Origin: Candidatus Zixiibacteriota bacterium
GTDB lineage: Bacteria > Zixibacteria > MSB-5A5 > CAIYYT01
Reading direction: 5' to 3'
Length of the DNA stretch: 64,000 nucleotides
Assembly (NCBI GenBank): GCA_040235515.1
Contig: JBECKX010000179.1
Span: 1-64,000, forward strand
Below are positions 58,167 to 64,000 of the stretch, piece after piece; within the stretch, counting starts at the first letter, position 1; each line of letters starts with the position of its first letter. The position numbers and the translations under genes are program-made. The notes under the pieces were generated by a model that worked only from the letters and a program-made list of their open reading frames with translations, did no database searches and was not told where the DNA came from.

Positions 58167-59365
58167 GAACGATGAAACGAGTACTGTTTGTTGATGATGA
58201 ACCCAATGTCCTGCGCGGACTGAAGCGGATGCTGCACAAGATGCGCGAAGAATGGGAGATGGAGTTTGCATCCGGCGGCAAGGACGCGCTGGAACTGCTT
58301 AAATCAAAGCCATTCGACGCCGTCGTTTCCGATATGCGCATGCCGGAAATGAACGGCGCAGAGTTGCTGAATGAGATCAAGAACAATTTCCCGGAGGCGG
58401 TGCGATTCATCCTGTCGGGACATTCCGACAGCGACCTGATCATGCAGTCGATCGGCTGCACGCATCAATACCTCGCCAAGCCGTGCGATCCCACGCAGTT
58501 GGTGACATCGCTCAACAACTCGTTTGCGCTGCGGAGCCTGCTTTCGCGCGAGGAATTGCTGGTTCAACTCTCGAAGATTTCGACATTACCGACGCTCCCC
58601 GACACCTACAAGGATCTGCTCGCGGCGCTCTCCGATGAGAACAGCTCGCTTGATACGGTTGCCAAGATCGTTTCACGCGATGTGGGAATGACGGCGACTA
58701 TTCTGCACATGGTCAATTCGGCATTCTTCGGACTCCCGCGCCAGGTGGAGAGTCCTCAGCGTGCGGTAAGCCTGCTGGGGCTGGAGACCATTCGCTCGCT
58801 GGTGATGATGGCGGGTGTATTCGCGCAGTTAAAAATCGAGCCGCTTCGCGGCATGACGATTGAGAGTGTCTATTCTCACTGTCTCGAGGTTGGAGTCGTG
58901 GCGCAGAAGATCGCTCGAATCCTGGAACTGGACAAGCGCACGGTCGATGCCGCCTTTATGGCCGGTACGATGCACGATATTGGTAAGGCTATCATGCTGG
59001 TCCACCTGCGCACAGAGTTGGAGCAGGCGGTCGAGGTGTCGGAAGCTGAGGATATGACGATCTACCAGGCGGAGATGGCGGTTCATGACATCAGTCATGC
59101 GGAGATCGGGGCGTATCTCCTCTCGATCTGGGGAGAGCCTGATTCGATTGTCGAGGCGGTCGCCCGCCACCACAGGCCTCATTCCACCGAGAAGGCGGAG
59201 TTGAGCGCTTTGACCTGTGTACACCTTGCCAATGTCTTTAACCTTGAGGGGCAAGCTGACGATAAGACTAAGTGGGATAACCCGGTAGCGGACACTGAAT
59301 ACCTAGCGGAGGTCGGACTGGCTGATCGGATTGACAAGATCCGTGAGCAGGTAACGGCCGAGTAG
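58163..59365 (+). CDS. Response regulator with HDOD domain
   Basis: FVDDE, SDMRMPEMNG, YLAKP; LPTLP, VNSAFFG, HDIGK, SHAEIGAYLLSIW; ATGA overlap with the kinase. Confidence 0.92.
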   Translation: MRTMKRVLFVDDEPNVLRGLKRMLHKMREEWEMEFASGGKDALELLKSKPFDAVVSDMRMPEMNGAELLNEIKNNFPEAVRFILSGHSDSDLIMQSIGCTHQYLAKPCDPTQLVTSLNNSFALRSLLSREELLVQLSKISTLPTLPDTYKDLLAALSDENSSLDTVAKIVSRDVGMTATILHMVNSAFFGLPRQVESPQRAVSLLGLETIRSLVMMAGVFAQLKIEPLRGMTIESVYSHCLEVGVVAQKIARILELDKRTVDAAFMAGTMHDIGKAIMLVHLRTELEQAVEVSEAEDMTIYQAEMAVHDISHAEIGAYLLSIWGEPDSIVEAVARHHRPHSTEKAELSALTCVHLANVFNLEGQADDKTKWDNPVADTEYLAEVGLADRIDKIREQVTAE

Positions 59366-59382
59366 TACGGAGGACTGCAAAA

Positions 59383-60585
59383 ATGGATGAGTATGGACTG
59401 AATCGGATTCTGATTGTTGACGACGATCCGAACCTCCTCGCTGCTCTGAGCCGGCAGCTGCGTGGCAAGCACGATGTCACGACGGCCGAGGGCGGTAAGG
59501 AGGGCGTAGAGACCCTGCAGAAACGTGGGCCGTTCGCTGTTATCATTTCTGATATGCGGATGCCGGAGATGAACGGCATACAGTTCCTCACGCGGGCGCA
59601 GGAGTTGTATCCCAACTCGGTGCGTATGATGCTCACGGGCAATGCGGATATCGAGACTGCTATGCACGCTGTGAATGAGGGGAACATCTTCCGGTTCCTG
59701 ACCAAGCCTTGCCAGCGCGAAACGCTCTACTGGGCGATCGATGCCGGCATCAGGCAGTACCGGCTTGTGATCGCGGAACGAATCCTCCTGGAAAAGACAT
59801 TGATGGGGAGCATCAAAGTGCTCGCCGACGTACTTGCGCTCGTTAATCCGATTGCGTTTGGAAGGGCGAACCGGCTGAAAGAGTATGCTTCACAATTGGT
59901 GAACAACCTGAACGTCGAGGATATCTGGCAGTTCGAAGCTGCTGCATTACTCTCGCAGATCGGCTGCGTGGCGCTCCCTGAGGATATCCTCAGCAAGGTC
60001 TACTCGGGCGAAGAACTCACCGAGGATGAGCATGAGATGTATTCCAAGCATCCGGAGCTGGCGGGACAGTTGCTCTCTCTGATTCCACGCCTCGGCATCG
60101 TCGGCAAGATGATCGCCAAGCAGGATATGGATTTTGTCGAGATGGGAATCAGTTCCGACGAGTTGATAAATCACCGCGACCTGCTCGGCGCCCAGATCCT
60201 GAAAGCGTGCACCGAGTTCGATACCTACATCTTCAGCGGAGAACAGCGGGTAACCGCCCTGGCGCGGTTGAAGTCGAAGTCGAATCGCTATCATCCCGCT
60301 ATTTTGCGCGCGGCTCAGCGCTTTGAAGTGATCAATATTGAACACCGTGAATCGGAATTGCCGATACGCGAACTGACCGATTCGATGACGCTGGCGGAGG
60401 ATGTCGTTACCGGAAGCGGAATCTTGATTGCACCGCGTGGACAGCGGATATCCCTCTCGATGAGAATCAAGCTGCAGAACTACGCACATCGGAATCAAAT
60501 TCCGAAGAAGATCAAGGTCCATCTGCCGAGCGGTAATCCGATTTCCCCGACAGAGGCTTCCGAGTCGAAAGTCAGCATGCTTTAG
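59383..60585 (+). CDS. Response regulator with degenerate HD/HD-GYP-like domain
   Basis: IVDDD, SDMRMPEMNG, FLTKP; AALLSQIGC in place of HDIGK, KHPELAGQLL. Confidence 0.85.
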   Translation: MDEYGLNRILIVDDDPNLLAALSRQLRGKHDVTTAEGGKEGVETLQKRGPFAVIISDMRMPEMNGIQFLTRAQELYPNSVRMMLTGNADIETAMHAVNEGNIFRFLTKPCQRETLYWAIDAGIRQYRLVIAERILLEKTLMGSIKVLADVLALVNPIAFGRANRLKEYASQLVNNLNVEDIWQFEAAALLSQIGCVALPEDILSKVYSGEELTEDEHEMYSKHPELAGQLLSLIPRLGIVGKMIAKQDMDFVEMGISSDELINHRDLLGAQILKACTEFDTYIFSGEQRVTALARLKSKSNRYHPAILRAAQRFEVINIEHRESELPIRELTDSMTLAEDVVTGSGILIAPRGQRISLSMRIKLQNYAHRNQIPKKIKVHLPSGNPISPTEASESKVSML

Positions 60586-60783
60586 CCTGCCGCTTCCGGC
60601 GCACAACATAATCCCGATATCTGGCTGCCGCGGACGTGCTGCGCCTCTCGCTCCGGCATTCAAGTGCTACACCAACCGTGCCCGACTGAATTTCCGTATT
60701 GAATCTGGGGGGAGATTGAGTGCAGATTTTCCGCTGCGCAGGGTAGCGGATGATTCGGCTTGGCGACAACGGAGTGAAGCAAG

Positions 60784-61179
60784 ATGCCCCATTCGATTTC
60801 TGAGTTAGTGTTGAAAGTTAGAGATATCCGCGCAGGAGTTGAATTCTACCGGAACTTGCTGGGGCTTCAGTTGGAAGAACCGTTCAGCGATGATTGGGCA
60901 TGGTTCAAGCTCAGCGATAACCCACCGCAACGATTTGCACTGCGAAAGGGGACATTGTTGTTCGAGGAGCATTCGCCGCGGGTCGCGGAGGAGCGATTTG
61001 GCCCGGTGCACTTTGCATTTCAGGTGGATCGATCGGAGTTGGAGGCTACGACGGCAAGGTTGAGAGACGCAGGCATTGATCTGCACGGACCTGTTGCGCT
61101 CGATTGGATGAATGCCGATTCGGTTTACTGCTACGACCCCGATGATAACCTGGTAGAGTTATGGTGCCTGCGCGAGTAG
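60784..61179 (+). CDS. VOC/glyoxalase family protein
   Basis: LKVRDI..FYRNLLGL, HFAFQV, YCYDPDDNLVEL. Confidence 0.88.
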   Translation: MPHSISELVLKVRDIRAGVEFYRNLLGLQLEEPFSDDWAWFKLSDNPPQRFALRKGTLLFEEHSPRVAEERFGPVHFAFQVDRSELEATTARLRDAGIDLHGPVALDWMNADSVYCYDPDDNLVELWCLRE

Positions 61180-61210
61180 TTGCGCCGGCGATCCGGAGTT
61201 GGAGCAGAAG

Positions 61211-61594
61211 CTAGAATGCGCCGTCGCTGTTGGGCGAGTCGTGTTGGAGCGGCATGATGCAATCCCACATCTCGACAATTTTGCCACTCTCGAACCTGAA
61301 TAGATGAACCACTGAAATTCCCGGATTGTCTTGAGCGATCTCAAGATGCGAGTGTATGGCAACCATGTTGCCTTCGGCGATAGCATTCTTGATCGACAAC
61401 TTCTTGTTCGGGTTCTGTTTGTAATCATCGATCATCGCTTGTTTGAGTACGGGGAAGCCGGCTGGAAAATAGATATTGTGATGCTTTCCAGACATGTCGA
61501 CATACTGCTCGTATGCTGCCTCGAACTTGCCGTCCACAACTAGTTTCATGAACTCGATCGCAGCCGCCTTGTTGGTGTTCTCCATGTCGATCAA
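61211..61594 (-). CDS. SnoaL-like / NTF2-family protein
   Basis: NKAAAIEF, HHN, IAEGNMVAIHS, VHLFRFESGKIVEMWD; start may be ATG 61585. Confidence 0.85.
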   Translation of the reverse strand: MIDMENTNKAAAIEFMKLVVDGKFEAAYEQYVDMSGKHHNIYFPAGFPVLKQAMIDDYKQNPNKKLSIKNAIAEGNMVAIHSHLEIAQDNPGISVVHLFRFESGKIVEMWDCIMPLQHDSPNSDGAF

Positions 61595-61613
61595 TCGCTC
61601 CTGAGGATTGGGT

Positions 61614-62210
61614 TTACGCTGTTGCCTGCTCCGATATACGCGTGTAGTTGGCGATAATAACGCCCTTCGACGAGATCTTGCTGTCCGTTAGTTTGAACGC
61701 AGCCGAGATTGTACCATCAGAGAAGAGGCGCTTGCCGCTCCCGAGCGTTATCGGGAAAATCTTGAGCCATAACTCATCGACTAAATCATGCTTCAGGAGC
61801 GTCTGCACCAGATTGCCGCTTCCCCAGACGCGCAGATCGGGCCCATCATCACCCTTCAATTCCTTGATCTTTGCGACTACATCTCCCGAGAGAAGCACAC
61901 AGTTTTCCCACTTAAGCTCGCGCGCCGAGTCGTGTGAAGCGACGTACTTTCTTACTTCATTGATGCCGGGCCATCCCTCACTATGCTCAGGCCAGAACCC
62001 GGCGAAGTTGTCGTAGGTCTTGCGACCGAGCAGCAGTTCGCAACGCTCCAATGACATCTGTTCACGCATCACCTTACCGGAGATTTCGTCGGCGTAGGGG
62101 TGCAGCCACCCGCCATGCTTGAAACCACCGCTCGTGTCCTCTTCGGGGCCGCCGGGCGCCTGCATGACACCGTCAAGCGTGACGAACTCAATGATGGTTA
62201 GCTTTCTCAT
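61614..62210 (-). CDS. Dihydrofolate reductase / RibD C-terminal family protein
   Basis: EFVTLDGVMQAPGG, LLLGRKTY, VWGSGNLVQTL, LVDELWL, LGSGKRLF. Confidence 0.9.
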   Translation of the reverse strand: MRKLTIIEFVTLDGVMQAPGGPEEDTSGGFKHGGWLHPYADEISGKVMREQMSLERCELLLGRKTYDNFAGFWPEHSEGWPGINEVRKYVASHDSARELKWENCVLLSGDVVAKIKELKGDDGPDLRVWGSGNLVQTLLKHDLVDELWLKIFPITLGSGKRLFSDGTISAAFKLTDSKISSKGVIIANYTRISEQATA

Positions 62211-62433
62211 AATCCTGCGTCAATGCCTCCGCGCTTTCGCTGCAATCCATCCGGTGCAGGGATCTGCATTTCCAGGGAGAGTAACGCTCATTGGGGGTCG
62301 CTACTCACCTGCACGTGCAGATAGAGCGACTCAGGGGACTGCAGATCTGCCCGCTTTTGGCCGCAGCCAGTTTCAATACGATTTGAATTTCAGAAGGGAA
62401 TCAGCGGTCGGTTCGACCGCATGAATTCCAAAA

Positions 62434-62526
62434 TGGCGGAGTGGCAGGGATTCGAACCCTGGAGACGCTTTTGGCGCCTACACACTTTCCAGGCGTGCTC
62501 CTTCAGCCAGACTCGGACACCACTCC
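62434..62526 (-). tRNA. tRNA-Ser(GGA) with encoded CCA
   Basis: GGAGTGG/CCACTCC acceptor stem, anticodon loop CT-GGA-AA, long variable arm, GGTTCGAATCC, GCCA end. Confidence 0.95.
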
Positions 62527-62792
62527 GTGATCGTGCGCAATCGTGATCGTGTACAGATCAGGACGGCGAAGGGCTATAGCCATGAGAGGGCATAGCCTCA
62601 GGGCGCCGTATCAGGCAGGCAATTTATAATATCGGCGCGAAAATGCAAACCGAAGTTGCTGCTATTCCAGTGGGGTTTGGAGATAAGAATCCTCCGCAGT
62701 TGGCGATCGCCCGGGTTAGCCGAGTTCTACGTACCAGAGCACCGCGGCGACTGTTATGAGCAGCAGCACGGTGAAGAGCAGGAGCGGGCTAA

Positions 62793-63743
62793 TCAGTCTC
62801 TTTTTTTTTTATTCTCGTCCACCGAGAGCTTCTGGGTAGCTTCGGCTTCTTCGGAATCCACGTCAGCATCCTCCCGAGGAAAATGCTCTTCCGCCAGCGC
62901 TTCGATTGCTCCCAGTTCCGGATCTTCGCCCCAGTCGACGGTCAGCCTGCGCAGTTCGTCGAAATTTTCCGCTTCTTCCTGTTCCTGAACATACGCCACG
63001 CAGACCGTAATATTGTCGACGCCGCCGGCATTGTTGGCTTGCTCGATCAGCGCTCTGACGAGTTCGTGCGGATTATTTTTCGACTCAAGCGACGCCTTGA
63101 GGATGTCGGCATCGCTGATCATTCCGCAAAGACCATCGGAACAGAGTATGAAGAGATCATCTTTTCTGAAACGAAGTTGAGAGATGTCGGTTCTGATCGC
63201 CGGTTTGGTTCCGAGCGCACGCGTGATTACGTTCTTGTTCACCTGCGCTTCAGCTTCCGCCTCGGAGATGTTATGTTTCTCCATCACTTCGCTCACCCAG
63301 GAGTGATCGACGGTAAGACGCTTGATGGCTCCGTCGCGCACCAGGTAAACGCGGGAGTCGCCCACATGGCAAACGCTGACAACGCCCTCCTGGAACTTGC
63401 ACGAGACCACAGTGGTACCGAGACCACCACGAGTTGGATTCAGCCTCCCATGATCGATAACTCTGTGGTTGGCGGTCGCTATTGCGCCCACCAGGACCTT
63501 GCCATCATTGGTGATGTCGTCGGGCCAGCGGAACTCTCTGGAGTTAAACCGTTCGGCAGGCACCTGCTTAACGATTGAAGTGATCGTTTCGATAGCGATA
63601 CCGGAGGCAACTTCTCCGGCTGCATGTCCCCCCATGCCGTCGCAAACCACCACCAGATTTTCTTCCGGTACGATGGCGAATGCGTCTTCGTTATGGTCGC
63701 GTACGCGACCTACATCTGTATCCCCGGCAAAGGTTATCTTCAT
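62793..63743 (-). CDS. PP2C-type (Stp1/PrpC) Ser/Thr protein phosphatase; probably extends to 62716 through a frameshift at the A10 run
   Basis: TDVGRVRDHNED, VCDGMGGHAAGEVAS, GTT, HVGDSRVY, DHS, ITRALG, LCSDGL, GGVDNITV. Confidence 0.93.
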   Translation of the reverse strand: MKITFAGDTDVGRVRDHNEDAFAIVPEENLVVVCDGMGGHAAGEVASGIAIETITSIVKQVPAERFNSREFRWPDDITNDGKVLVGAIATANHRVIDHGRLNPTRGGLGTTVVSCKFQEGVVSVCHVGDSRVYLVRDGAIKRLTVDHSWVSEVMEKHNISEAEAEAQVNKNVITRALGTKPAIRTDISQLRFRKDDLFILCSDGLCGMISDADILKASLESKNNPHELVRALIEQANNAGGVDNITVCVAYVQEQEEAENFDELRRLTVDWGEDPELGAIEALAEEHFPREDADVDSEEAEATQKLSVDENKKKRD

Positions 63744-63750
63744 CTCTTCG

Positions 63751-63999
63751 TTAGTCTCCCAGGAGCAATACCAGCAGAATTATAGCGAGTACCACGATTA
63801 CGGCAAGGAGAATAAGTGCTGGTACGAGCATCGCGTTTTTCTTAAGCGGCTCATAGTTCTCCTGCCCCCTGTAACAGAGTCGAAAGACCACTTCTCCTGT
63901 CGGCGCCGGAATAGAGATCACATCCTCCGGCGTAATGTTCTCGCGCTGATTAGGTTCAATGACTCTACCATTTATGTACGTTCTAAGCTTGCTTTTCTT
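63751..63999 (-). CDS. 3' end of a probable FHA-domain protein with C-terminal membrane anchor (truncated by the window edge)
   Basis: Open frame KKSKLRTYINGRVIEPNQRENITPEDVISI...KKNAMLVPALILLAVIVVLAIILLVLLLGD-stop; absent from the ORF track; 7 bp before the phosphatase. Confidence 0.6.
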   Translation of the reverse strand, partial: KKSKLRTYINGRVIEPNQRENITPEDVISIPAPTGEVVFRLCYRGQENYEPLKKNAMLVPALILLAVIVVLAIILLVLLLGD

Positions 64000-64000
64000 G

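Noticed and set aside
45269..62462. Near-identical 27-bp direct repeat (cggag(a/t)ggcagggattcgaaccctgga) flanking about 17 kb, resembling attL/attR of an island
   Set aside because: Both copies belong to complete tRNA-Ser genes with different anticodons; no integrase, and housekeeping tadA lies between them
1..64000. CRISPR arrays, transposases, integrases, prophage or recognisable defence genes
   Set aside because: No regularly spaced repeats or hallmark motifs were found by reading the sequence and ORF track

Overview
A 64-kb stretch of chromosome from a diderm bacterium. The two CGDADG...NYIFxGGPAP dockerin-like domains and the fused ccoNO gene suggest Zixibacteria or a related FCB-type lineage (inference only). 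In order: lolD (partial)-mcsA-mcsB-clpC; accessory secreted proteins (dockerin-lipase, ChaN/EreA-like protein, LysM/peptidoglycan-binding protein plus an HG..GC hypothetical); a stand-alone rpmA; a PpiD/SurA-like PPIase; a diguanylate cyclase-nagZ-anmK-spoIID-ompA operon; an orphan, degenerate flagellin-like gene divergent from a large unknown ORF; a nine-gene ArsS (arsenosugar-type radical SAM)/glycosyltransferase cluster; a complete cbb3 oxidase locus; glycerate kinase; peroxiredoxin; an ArnT-like GT; tRNA-Ser(CGA); tadA; phzF; a probable UGA-recoded selenoprotein; a candidate structured ncRNA; an OsmC fusion; an M43 peptidase-dockerin; a histidine kinase/REC-HDOD/REC-HD module; tRNA-Ser(GGA); and a PP2C phosphatase whose C-terminal membrane anchor lies out of frame behind an A10 run. 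No integrase, transposase or CRISPR array was recognised. All calls come from reading motifs by eye; no searches were run.
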